NCBI RefSeq assembly: GCF_964355755.1
Contig: NC_092677.1
Coordinates: 24,849,175 to 24,913,174 of the forward strand
Direction: 5' to 3'
Length of the DNA stretch: 64,000 bases
Source of the DNA: Antedon mediterranea
Lineage: Eukaryota > Animalia > Echinodermata
Shown: positions 25,146 to 37,561 of the stretch, in pieces
How positions within the stretch are numbered: the first letter of the stretch is position 1
Layout: each line of letters starts with the position of its first letter
Position numbers and translations under genes: made by a program
The notes under the pieces: model-generated
The model's database searches: none
Told to the model about the DNA's origin: nothing
Seen by the model: only the letters and a program-made list of their open reading frames with translations

Positions 25146-25862
25146 CTCATAACAAAACGGGAACTGAGAGAGTGTGTGTGTGTGTGACAAATATAACTTT
25201 TTGGTTTTTACAAAAGGTCTTATTATAGGGCATAGGCCTAAGGCATGTTATGAACAATACTGTACTATTTTACTAACATAATAAGGCCATTATTGTTGTT
25301 TCTCTCTAAAGAATATCGTCACCATTAAATGCACATGTGACAAAACAGTGGAAAATAATATTATTGTGTTGTTGAGTCGATTCGCGTTATTCTTGGTCAA
25401 TAGGCAAATTCCGTGATAAGCCTATCGTGCCAAAAATCAGTGTGGAGGGTGCTGTTATCAATGTCATTACAATTGCTTTTATATTCAACGATATCAAAAT
25501 ATTTCTAAATCAATATATGATATATATATGATATTGATTCAATTTTTCGTATCTTTTTCGGACCAACATCACAGGTTTTTCTTTTACCTGATTGTGAAAT
25601 CCTGTATAAATATGTTGTTAAATAAATAAAATAGTCCTATAGTAGAATAGTACAGTTCTATATATGTATAATTCACTATTATAGATAATCAAAATAATAA
25701 TAGCCTGGATTTTTAAAGGGCCTATGTTGTGAAAAACCTCTAAGCGATGTACAAAAAAGCTAAAACTAAACTCTCTCGTCGCTAACTATGGTTCGGTCTA
25801 AATTTATATATGAATCTTGTCCAAAATATATGAAAAAAGATGAGTATTTCCTGATGGTTTCA

Positions 25863-26105
25863 TTAAACTACGGTAGCTTTTCTTTCTTCAAACACATAAC
25901 ACTCATATCTATAGCCAGTGTTGATGCCTTCTATTAAATATTCCATCTCTAAAATATCAAGATAGTCCCTTCTATCTGAAATCGGACATTTATTGTTAAA
26001 AATTGTAGATTTTTCATGCTTTAAATCCAGCAATTCTGGCAACAGTTCGAAATAAAAAAGTAAAGTAAAATTACCCTCACTGTTGTCGCCGTAGATCAAT
26101 TGCAA
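25863..26105 (-). pseudogene. Decayed C-terminal fragment of a methyltransferase paralog
   Basis: LQLIYGDNSEGNFT...DYLDILEMEY; no N-terminal half, and it abuts the MT7 stop. Confidence 0.7.
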
Positions 26106-26161
26106 GAGTATGAACCTGGACACGCCTCCGCTACCCCTCCTACACTTTTTTAACATTTCTT

Positions 26162-27064
26162 TCATGGTTTTGTCCAAAACATAAAGGACATTTTTATATT
26201 TCGCTGGGAATTGAAATCATAATCGCATTCAAGATCCTTGAGGTATGAATGCCTATCAAATGTAAGATCCTTTTTTTTCTCGTCCATTTTTAGTTGAAAT
26301 TCGGCATCATTAGCAATTTTCTTGATGGTTTGATTACATGAGCCCCATGAATTGTCCCCGTAAATCAAGTACGAGTTGTGAGGAGCTTTCTTGAGAAGAT
26401 CAGTAGAGTTTCCCTCGAAGTTAGGCAGTCCATCAACAGCGCTTACAACCTTGAATAACATGATAACATTCGCTTTGGAGATGCATGATGTTACCTCGTC
26501 TGTCAGAGGTTCATTGACATCATGTTCAATGTACTTAATATTAATCTTATCAGAACTTAGGTTTAACTTCTTCTGAAAGGCTATCCAAATTCGCTCCCAA
26601 CCATCGAATTTGTCAATAATCGTAGCGTTAAGAATCAGTTTTCTGTCTGTAGATAAACCTCGTAAGTAAATATATAATCCAAGTACATCGGTTCCTGGAC
26701 CACCACCAATGGAGACGACATTTAGACTTAAAACACGTTGATTTCTATTTCTTTGCCAAACCGAAGATTCAAAATCGAACAATGGAGTGTTCTGATCTTC
26801 TGACATAATACCCAGTCCAAATGTAACAGAATAGCAAAATGCTGGGAAGTATAGAAACAGATAGGCTGCTTGGTATCTGCGATCGTTGAAATTAACCGAC
26901 TTACTCTTTTTCAAAAGATAACCTTTATACGATTCACACAATTCCTCTAAAAGTGTACGAACATCGTTCCAGCTTAATGTACAGTTCATTTCACGTTCAT
27001 ATTTAGCGAGCAAAGACAAGTGAACACAACGAGAAATTTTAAACAGTGGGTCTAACTTTTCCAT
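26162..27064 (-). CDS. Methyltransferase-like copy MT7 (300 aa), closest to MT5
   Basis: All family motifs present. The central ~200 aa are nearly identical to MT5. Confidence 0.85.
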   Translation of the reverse strand: MEKLDPLFKISRCVHLSLLAKYEREMNCTLSWNDVRTLLEELCESYKGYLLKKSKSVNFNDRRYQAAYLFLYFPAFCYSVTFGLGIMSEDQNTPLFDFESSVWQRNRNQRVLSLNVVSIGGGPGTDVLGLYIYLRGLSTDRKLILNATIIDKFDGWERIWIAFQKKLNLSSDKINIKYIEHDVNEPLTDEVTSCISKANVIMLFKVVSAVDGLPNFEGNSTDLLKKAPHNSYLIYGDNSWGSCNQTIKKIANDAEFQLKMDEKKKDLTFDRHSYLKDLECDYDFNSQRNIKMSFMFWTKP

Positions 27065-27734
27065 TTTTCGGACAGACGTAGAGATGTTTATAAATACCAG
27101 TCAGAGCCGGCCCAGATGCGATCTGGGTACTGTGTCAAATCCACGGATGAATACACGTTATGTAAAAATTACATGGGGCGTAACTTCCATATTATATAAC
27201 GATTAGAATATATTATTGTTAACCACTAAAGCGAAATACCGATGGTGTTTATGTTATGAATAACAGATTGAGACGAATTCAAATCTCATTTGGGTTGACT
27301 TAAATATGAACTCATTTTCACCATAGTTTATCAAAATGTTTCATGTTTGAAGAATGGGTACCGACAATACTAGAATTATGGATATGTTGGTGTGATAAAT
27401 CAAATTTTAAAATAAAATATGATGCTGCTAAAAGTAACGGTACATAGATAACAACTGGTTGGGTTGAGAATAACCAAAGAGGGGGGAGATATGTCCTGAA
27501 GTGGAATGCTAAATCCCAAAGAAGAAGATTAATGATCACATTTCACATGTCATCATTATTAAGCACATTTCCTTTCTTTAAACAAATACAACTCCTATCA
27601 AGCCAATGCTGATGTATTCCATTATATTTCTTCTCAGATTAGGCCTATGCAGCTAGCCTCTTCTATCTGGAATAGGAAATGTATTTGTTGTAAAAGCTGT
27701 AGGCATAGATTCCTCAAATTGTAAGTTTCTGGCT

Positions 27735-27935
27735 TTAAAGCCGGCATGCCTGGCAATATCTACACCGTCAGGTTTTGGTCGAAGTTCGGCAATCCTTTGA
27801 CTCCGCCTACAAATTTTAACACGAGTATAGGCTCTTTCACACCTGTTCCGAATGTCAATGCAATATTTCTATTGGCGCATAACCGCGAGGAGCGTCGTGA
27901 GAACGAAACATCCACATTCGATTTGATTTGGCGAA
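27735..27935 (-). pseudogene. Methyltransferase relic abutting a truncated MITE
   Basis: ILVLKFVGGVKGLPNFDQNLT (27760-27830) corresponds to the family KFVSAV.GLPNF.QNLT motif. 27830-27935 (ctctttcacacctgttccg...acattcgatttgatttggcg) matches the MITE at 52257-52443. Confidence 0.65.
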
Positions 27936-28065
27936 CAGTAAACATAATACAATTAAATAACAATTTTCTGTAGATGGAAACATAAATATAAATACAAAAT
28001 TGATTTTAAAAAAAAATGTAATTGATTTCAATAAAGATACAAAAGTCCAGTCTTCCTTAAACCCA

Positions 28066-28914
28066 TTATTGTTTCTTCCAAAGCATAAAGCTCATCTTCA
28101 ATTTCTTCTGGTGATTCATACCATATCTTTCATCAAAAAGACGTAGTCCGCCATCATCTGGAATTTCAAATTCCTCGTACAATGCTCTCTCTAAGCATAT
28201 AAACCCTGCATCTTCCGCAATATGTCTAATTGAGTCAGTGAAACGACACTCACTGTTGCCACCGTAGATCATATGCGAATGTTGAGGCGCATTACGAAGG
28301 AGATCCGTCAGGTTTTTCTAGAAATGAGGTAAGGATTGAACTGCGCTTACAAAGTTGAACAGGAGTATAACATTCGCTTCAGAGACGCATCTTTTCACTA
28401 TGTCTGTCGCAGGGGTGTTTATATCATATCCAATGTACCCTTCCATATGGATCCGACCAGCTTCGACGGAATCCAAGTTCTGCTTAACGAAATTCCAGGC
28501 TTCTACCCATTCATAATATTTATCAATAATCGTTGCGTTAAGACGGAAATCCCGGTGAACATTTTTGTCTTGCAGAAAACTGTGCATGTACCTGCAAAAT
28601 CCAAGTACGTCAGTTCCGGGACCTCCTCCAATGGAACAAACATTCAGCTGTAGCGGTTCGTGCTGATCATTTTGGCTCCAAACAACAGATGGTAAATTAA
28701 ACTTATCAAGTCCATACTTAACCGAATGACAACAAGCTGGAAAGTAGAGATACACATATGAGGCTTGGTATCTGCATTTGTTATAAGGAATTTCAACATA
28801 GTTTGGATTAGTGTACGCTTCAGACAAAGATGTTATTATACCATTTATTTCATCGTCATTCAAAAGCAAATCCCGGTGAACATCGTTAGCAATTTCCAGC
28901 ACTGATCTCTCCAT
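28066..28914 (-). pseudogene. Methyltransferase-like copy MT8, full length with one in-frame TAG
   Basis: ORFs 28318-28914 and 28066-28272 share a frame: ...LPHF*KNLTDLLRNAPQHSHMIYGGNS..., with TAG where paralogs have Glu. YGD has also become YGG. Confidence 0.85.
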
Positions 28915-30449
28915 CGTGTTTGTATTTACGACGATAACGATTTTATCGGTTTTATAATACGTATAATACAGTATATGCGTATGAATACAACAACATTGTA
29001 TTAATACAGTTGATGCATCATGTATTGATGTGTAGTCTATACAATTAAAATCAATATTTCAAAAACAATAAATACTGAAATGAACGCCCAGTGAACTTGA
29101 ATAAAAGAATTCTTCAAATCGAACAACCAAAACAATTGCCGATTCATATAGGCCTATCTCAAACATTTCCATCTTTTAGAGCCAGGAATTCCCACTAAGA
29201 ACAAGGCAATCTAACAACAGGACAGCTTGTCTTGCCAAGATAGGAACTTTTAACAGTCATTTGATCTTATGTCTGGCTGCGACAAATACCAACAATGCTA
29301 TGTACATATTCTCAGCAGCGCGCAGTGTCTGTTAAGGGGCGTGGAACTGATCGTATCGCAGCCACAGATAAACTCTCTGAACTCCAAAGCTCAGCATCCT
29401 GTTGTTGGATTGCCTTGCTAAGAAGGATATAAGAAACCAAAAAATCGAACATTGTAATGCAATGTAGTATTGTTATTGTATTTAATGCACAACGACAAGT
29501 CAAATAAAAACATAATGCTGCTTTAGTTGTCAATTGCAGTATTTTATAACAATTCTACCAATATCGAGTACATATTCAAACGAACCGAACCGCAAACGTA
29601 AGAGTTCTTCAAAAGTAATTCTATTTTAACTAGAAGTAGTGCTACGAAATGTATTACAAATCTACTTTCTAATTTTAAACAATCCAATTCCATTAAAATA
29701 TGTCAACAACAAAAAAACAATTCGCAGCAAAAATGCATAGGCCTACAATAAACAGATATCAAAATTAATATTATAATAATATAATATTTTCCATTTATAT
29801 AGCGTCATTCCCAACGATCACTTCTGGTACACTACTGTTCAACTACCTACTTCTCTCCAGTGTCAGTTCTACCAATTCCATCTATCGTCTGTCCTCCACG
29901 ACACTAGCCGTAATTTAAAATGAATTTATGTACACTGGACCTATACGATGAATGGTCCTTATCCGAAAAGACTATACTGCTTACACAAAATACTGCAATT
30001 GCCCCAAACAACCATAAATAAAAAGCAGAAATAGGCCTACAATATGAATTTACAAATGACAAAGCTAAAATTGAAAAACAAAATTACATAATAGCAGTAG
30101 TTGTAGTCAAAGATCGATCGAAGGGATGTTATCTTCGAAACATTAATATATTGTAAATTGTTAAAAAATAACACAACTGAAGAAAGGTAAACAAACAACA
30201 CGAACTATGACAATTTAAAAATATTGAAAATATCATATCTGAAAAAATAAGAACAAATCATGCAGGTGCTTTTAAAAAAAGAACCGGATAGAAATCAAGT
30301 CTGTTCTATTGCCGAAAACTGCTACACACCCAGAATGTAGGCATTTAAAAAGCATAGCTTTAACAGAAATAAGCAACCTAGCAACTGGTTCTTCAGACTG
30401 GATAATCAGTTCTATAATTATGAATGTAACAAACGAATGAAACCAAATC

Positions 30450-31070
30450 CAAATGCTTGCTATTTTGCCCGAAATTCCGCAACCTCAAAGGTGTTCCACA
30501 TATTACCTTAAATGGGGCACCTCTAATCGTTGATAATTCAATAACCTATCTTGGTCATGTGATCAGTAATAACCTGAGTGATGAAAGTGACATCAAACGT
30601 CAATATCGATCTATTTGCATTAGGGCCAACTCTCTAAATAGAAAGTTTGGAAAATGTTCTACTAAGACTAAATGTTATCTATTTAAGAGTTACTGTGTCA
30701 GCATGTACTGTTCAACCTTATGGTGTAGATATAGAGCACTCTGAGATCACTGAAAGTATGTTATAACAATGCCTTACGTTTGCTGCTGAAGCAACCTAGA
30801 CATTGTAGTGCAAGCATGATGTTTGTCTTAAATGACGTCCCATCCTTTGATGAGTTCATTAGAAAATCTGTTTTTAGTTTTAAAAAAATCGTGTGAACGC
30901 AAGTAGTAATTCCTTGATCATGGCCATTAATCGCCACCTTCTTAATGTGTCAAGAATGCACATACAATGGAATGCTTTGTTGCATTGACTTAATATATTT
31001 ACATATCTTTGTTTTTGTTTTATGAGCTGTTAGATTAAGATTTTTTTTTCTCTCTTTTGCTATGGATATA
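30450..31070 (+). mobile_element. 5'-truncated non-LTR retrotransposon (RTE-X/L2-like ORF2 C-terminus)
   Basis: ITYLGHVISNNLSDESDIKRQYRSICIRANSLNRKFGKCSTKTKCYLFKSYCVSMYCSTLW, continuing after a frameshift as ..LKVCYNNALRLLL.. Confidence 0.75.
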
Positions 31071-31117
31071 ATATTATGTCACCATGATATTCCAATATCT
31101 CACCAATACTAAAATAT

Positions 31118-32700
31118 AACTAGAATTTAATTCGTCACTTTGACGAATTATAGGTGATCATTTTTATCATTTTATTGACATTCATATTTTTTAAACATGC
31201 ACGTATGTTAACATATAATCGGAAAATGTTGATGTATGCCATCCTATTATACGCTTATTGTGCAGAGTTGTGCCTATTATATGCCATATACAATATGTAC
31301 AGTATATACTGTACTGTGTATATCTATATACAGTGTAGCATAGGTGAAATTACGGGACACACTATCATGTTCTAATTTTTTGGTATGATGGAATTATCAA
31401 AATAACTTATGGATAACAATATCGAAAGATAATGAATTGAGCAATAAAATATAACAATTGGAAGAAAATTTGGCACGTAGAAGGGCCGTGCGCGCTCTTT
31501 AAAAATTGTATAACTTTGACGAAAGAGATGAAAAAACTACTTTTTAACTTCAACTGGCCATATGATAACGTCACAACATCCGATAGGCTAAATTTTTATA
31601 TGAATTCATATCTACATTTCACCAGCTATCATACTAAGTTATAAACATCGAGGTCAACTTTAATTCAGAAGAGCTGTAATGTATTCAAATATACGTTGTA
31701 GGTAAAATTACGTAACCACCGTTTTTTAAATTTTAAGACATGATGACGTCATCCAAAAGAAAATATTGGCAACTCAAAAGTAACATAATTGGTTGAGGTA
31801 GAATGTATTAAAAAATAAAAGAAAATCGATGACAGATAAGCGAGTTGCGCTCTGTTGAATATGGTGGTCTATGACAAAAGGGGAAAAACCCCTATTTTAA
31901 AAAATCATGTGGCCAAATGATGACGTAATACCATTTTGTACGTCTAATGTGTATATACATTTATATCTACAACTCATTGGCTTCCATATTAAGTTAAAAA
32001 AATTGGGGGTCATCTTCCATTCTGAAGAGTTATATTCATTTTAAAAGGGCCCTACTTTTAACCATTTTTAGCACTTTTGTACAATTAATGTGCGCACTTT
32101 GTCATGTTTAACGTGCTCGTATACCGTTATTTTAAGTCGGACTGGATTCAAAATCGGAGATTGTACTAAGAATTGTGTGTAGAATGTCATGTATACATCA
32201 AATTTTATTTTTTACGCTTTTTAAGGATTGCGTGCGCAAAAACGTATTTTTGCGCAGTAATTTTTTGAAACACGCAAATGGCCTAATTCATACTCTAAAT
32301 TGATCAAAACTTAATTTTGAGCTTTTTAAAATCTTTACGCGCGATTTCACGTTCATGACCTTGAGACGCGCGAGTTTTTATTTGCTAATATTTTTTACCT
32401 TGACCTGAAAATTACGTGTAGAGAATTTCATAAATATGTGATAATCAATTATGAACATATGATGGATAATGAGATTTCACAAAATCGCGTATACGTGACG
32501 TCACGGTTGAGTGATCACGCTGAAAAGCTTATTATGGCTAAGTTAAAGTATTTGAAAGACATTGTGAATTTTTTGTGATCATTGTTATTCAACTTTTTGA
32601 GATAATTGCTAAACAAAAAGTGTACAGAAAGAATAATAACAATAATAAAGATTTTGTACAATAACAATAGGTGATCATTTTATTCTAAATGATCACCTAA
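31118..32700. mobile_element. ~1.6-kb non-autonomous Helentron/HINE-like element
   Basis: Starts aactag with hairpin aattcgtca-ctt-tgacgaatt and subterminal motif taggtgatcatttt (31151). The same motif recurs as the terminal hairpin taggtgatcattt-tattct-aaatgatcaccta (32668-32699). No ORF. Confidence 0.6.
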
Positions 32701-32876
32701 ATATACTTTCTTCGTTTGTCTCGAATATCAAAATGTAATACAATTCAACAAATGCGATAAGATTTAAACAACACCAAACTACAGAGGTAAATTCACTAAA
32801 ACAATAATCTAACTACTACACAGTAAATCAATATCTTTAGATTTTTTGATAGCTCCCATTATGGTTCCATGTATGT

Positions 32877-33488
32877 TTAACTGTTATAGCGCCCTCTATA
32901 ATAAACCTTCCGATATTTCATTTTAATTTTACGGAGAAAATATAATATCGGAAAAATTAACTTCCTTTTTTTCCAAAGCATAAAGCTCATCTTTAGATCC
33001 TTCTGGTGCCCCCACCAACCAGGTTTGTTATCAAAACCATTCAGTACTTTCTTATCATCATCTGGAAGAGAACATTCCTGGAACAAGGATGTCGACAAGA
33101 GCATAAAATGTGCATTTATGGCAATACGTGCAAAGATTTCAGTAAAACCATCGCCACTGTTGTCTCTGTAGATCAAGTACGTATTTGGACTTGCGTTAGA
33201 CAGGAAATCTGTAAGATTTTGCTCAAAGTTCTGCAACCCTGTAACTGCACTTACAAACTTGAACACCAGTATAACATCCGCTTCAGCTACAGGTCCTGTC
33301 ACTGTACGTGCTACTGGAGAGTTGCTAATATCATGCGCAATGAATTTGGTATTAGGAAAATCGATCGTTCCAGCTTTACTTAGATCCAAACTTCCCACAA
33401 CTGGATCCCAGACTTCCTTCCATTCACTGTATTTATCAATAATTGTTGGAGTAAGAAACAATTCTCGGGGATCGTCTTTTGTTTGCAT
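32877..33488 (-). pseudogene. Methyltransferase-like copy MT9, 5' half deleted (no motif I)
   Basis: Begins after the GGGPG region (..LTPTIIDKY..HDIS..KFVSAV..LIYRDN). The C-terminus is closest to MT12 but reads through the normal stop position. Confidence 0.8.
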
Positions 33489-34862
33489 GTATGTTCACGT
33501 ATGAATACAACATTGTATTATTATTCATACAATCGATGCATCATGCATTGATGTGTAGTCTATACAAATAAAATCAATATTTCAAAAACAATAAATACTG
33601 AAATAAACGCCCAGTGAACTTGAATAAAAGAATTCTTCAAATCGAACAACCAAAACAATTGCCAATTCACATAGAAGGCCTATCTAAAACATTTCCATCT
33701 TTTAGAGCCAGGAATTCACACTAAGAACAAGGCAATCTAACAACAGGACAGCTTGCCTTGACAAGATAGGAACTTTTAACAGTCATTTGATCTTATGTCT
33801 GGCTGCGACAAACACCACAGTATGTACATATTCTCAGCAGCGCGCGGTGTCTGTCAAGGGGCGTGGAACTGCTCGTTTCGCAGCCACAGATAAACCCTTT
33901 GATCTCCGAAGCTCAGCATCCTGATGTTAGATTGCTTTTGTATTAAAAAGGATAAAAAAGACACCAATAAAATTGTAATGCAATGCAGTATTGTTATTGT
34001 ATTGAATACACAACGACAAGTAAATAAAAAACATAAATGCTGTTATGAATTACAGTACTATTTAATAACAATTTTACCGATATCAAGTACATATTCAAAC
34101 GTAAGAGGTCTTCAAAGATAATTTTACTTTCACTAGAATGAGCACTTACGAAATGTATTAAAACCATCTAGCCTAAAATCTACTTTTTCTAAATTTAAAA
34201 CAATTTAATTTAATTAAAATAAGTAAAAAAAAAAACAATTCGCAGCAAAAATGCTGAAATATATGGTTATCATCAATAAACAGATATCGAAATTAAAATT
34301 ATATAATATAATATTTTCAATTTATATAGATCATTTTATACGATCACTTCTATTACACTACTATTCAACTATACATACTTCTCCCCTAAGTCAGTGCTGC
34401 CATTTCAATCTATCGTCTGTATCTATGATACTGGCCGTGCGAGCTACTACATTCTTTAAAGTGAATTTATGTACACTGGACATACGGTGTACGAATCCTT
34501 ATCCGAAAAGACTATACTAACTTACAAAAAATATTTTACAGCAATTGCCCCAAACAACCATGAATAAAAAGCTTATTTACAAATGACAACAAGCTATAAC
34601 TACAAACAAAATACACAATGGTGGTCAAAGAATCATCGATCGAAGAAGGACGTTATCTTCGAAGTTAAATATAGTATAAATTGTACTTGTAACACAATTG
34701 AAGAAAGGTAAGCAACTACACGAGCTATAACAATTACAAACTATTGAAGATAATATATAAATACTTGATAGAATTAAAGTCTACAGAATAAATATTGTGA
34801 TGTAGCGTTATTTGTTATTAATACTGTATCAATAAATCTATAATTAAAGACGATGAAATCAT

Positions 34863-36709
34863 CTAAACCGGTGGTTGTTGTTTTCTCAAAAGCATAAAGT
34901 ACATTTCTTCGTTATTTTAGTGGTTCTCATGATACCTTCCATCAAGTTCATTGAGTGCTCCATCATCTGGAATTGTTATTACCTGGTGTTGGATTTCCGG
35001 TTTGACGTTTTTAAAACCAGCATTTTCTGCAATTCTTCTGAAAGTTGGAATCAAACGATCGTCACTGTTGTCGCCGAAGAACAAGTACGAACCTAGAGAC
35101 GCATTACGGAGGAGATCCGTCAGGTTTTGCTCAAATATAGGCAATGCTGCAATTGCACTTACAAACTTGAACAGCAGTATGACATTCGCTTCAGAGACGG
35201 ATCTTCTCACCAGAGGTCCCGCAGGTTTGCTTATATCATATCCAATATACCCGTTCAAATGGATCGAAGCAGCTTCATCTGGATTCTGGTTAGCAATGGC
35301 ATTCCAGGCGTCCTCCCATTCATAATATTTATCAATAATGGTTGCATTAAGAACCAATTCTCTGGCGTCGTTACTTTTTTTAAAGCTTCGCATGTACCTA
35401 TAAAATCCAAGTACATCAGTTCCCGGACGCGATTTTTTTTTTCGTACATAAGTTGGGGACCCCCTCATGAAACGTCACAAAATAAACATGAATAATTCAT
35501 CAGTTAAATTTTCTTGTTCCGTGTGCACCCAAGCGTATAGCGAAGTGATTACAGTTTACACAAGTGCGGTACGATTCTAGGCCTATCTCCGCTGTGGTTG
35601 CCGCGTGCGATTATTTCATAATAGAATAGCGGCGTTTTGTGTGGATTGTCGAAATAATCAGCCTTTAATTTATGGTGTTTTTAATATAATTTATTACTAA
35701 AGAATTACGTGTTAAAATTATAGTTTCTAATGATACTATTAGGCCTAATTACTAGTCTCTAAACCCATGTCTATTCTAGTAGTAGCTGTGATGTGTTGGT
35801 GTGTGTGACGTGTGTGTTAGTTAGGTATGACACAGTCCGAGTAATAAGTCAGCAAAATTAAATAATAAACATTACACAAAAATACATTTTTTTATTCTCG
35901 TGGGTCTAATCTTCCCATCTCATGTGTTCATATACGCGCATTTTTAAAGTTCCTTTGAGTACATGCATATTGTTTGATAATAAAATAGCAGAATTAAAAA
36001 ATTACAGTACACAAATTATACACATTCTTTATTCTTGTGGGTCTAAGCTTTCTTTGGGCTATGTCCAATTACTACTTAGTTTAATGTCTTGCCTACCTGT
36101 CGATTAGCCTCGACACATTTTGCATAGTGGACGTGTGTGTGAAGAAGAGGTGCGCGAAGGCAATCACGTGAATTGACCTAGACTCCTAGGCCTATTGTAG
36201 AAAGAATCGTATCGCGGTTGTTGTGTAATCAGATCACTTCTTGTTGCTATACGCCTGGGTGCACACGGAACAACAAATTTAACTGATGAATTATTCATGT
36301 TTATTTTGTGACGTTTCATGAGGGGGTCCCCAACTTATGTACGAAAAAAAAAATCGCTTCCCGGACCACCACCAATGGAACACACATTCAGATTTAACTG
36401 TTCTCCGTTATCGTAATTTTCAAACCAAAAAGCACGATTCAAATGAAACTCATCAAGTCCAACCTTAACCGAATGGCAAAGAAATGGAAAGTACATGTAC
36501 ATATATGCAGCTTGGTATCTGGATTTGTTATAAGGAATTACAACATACTTTCGTTTATGGAATTCTGCAGCCGAACTCCGTCCTGTATAAAAACTCACTG
36601 TTGAAGACAAACCCTTTAAAATATTATGCATTTCCAAAGCCAATTCGTTGTCGTCGTGAATCAACTGCCGATGAGCATCGGTAGCAATTTGTTGCACTGT
36701 TCTCGCCAT
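34863..36709 (-). pseudogene. Methyltransferase-like copy MT10, split by a transposon in motif I and carrying a late nonsense codon
   Basis: The N-half (36358-36709) ends VCSIGGGPG and the C-half (35428 down) resumes PGTDVLGF. A TAA at 34917 replaces the conserved Gln of HQ; the frame continues NNEEMYFMLLRK to a TAG at 34863. Confidence 0.85.
35429..36357. mobile_element. Non-autonomous Mutator(MULE)-like DNA transposon, 929 bp
   Basis: About 113-bp near-perfect TIRs (gcgatttttttttcgtacataagttggggacccc...) and an exact 9-bp target-site duplication TTCCCGGAC at 35420-35428 and 36358-36366. Confidence 0.85.
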
Positions 36710-37561
36710 CTTGTACAACTAATCGTCTTAGTATTAAATAACGATAAAGATGTAGATTGTTCCAATATAGATTGTTTATGAGTACGCTTTATGCACAAAA
36801 AACAACTGATGGCCAGACTTAATTATTGTAGTCACACTGAATTAAACAACAATCGAAAATTATATTTAGAATAACAATGACACATTCTTTATTTCTTCAA
36901 GTTAATTACATTAATATGCATAGGACATAACAAAAATAAATTGTGCAACCTCGTCTCCCGTACCGAAGAAATCGGCCCACAGTCTGATGACGAATTCTAA
37001 TTGGTAGATCCAGTTGGTTTGGCTATATTATACACTACTTTAAAGCGGAATTTTAAAACTAATTTTAAGTATTGAGAACAACAATCAAATTGACGTTGAC
37101 CTCCGTCGTTCATTTACTGAAGTGAAAACAATACTACCTGATAAATGTGACATTAAAAACCTATTTGCATAAAAATGCTAAACTACATAGTTATGATGTA
37201 TAATGAAAACGATAAGAATTACCCAAAATGTATAACACAAAGAAATTGCAAAGAATAAAAAGCAGAAATACAATTATGAATATAGAATAAAGACATTGTC
37301 AAAGAAGTAATGGGCAAAATATTAACAGATAAATTCAAAGGTAGTCCAAGAAACATCGATCGAAGCATAGTGATCGATAATATTGATGATGATCAAATGT
37401 ATACCAAATAAAGTAATTACGAAAACAATAACTACGATTCTGTTTCATTTTGTAAAACGAACCTGAGGTTTATAGTCCAGACAAAATATCAATAACTTAC
37501 CTATTGACAACGAATAAATGCATGAACAAACATAAGCAGCGCACAATAAACATACAGTATA

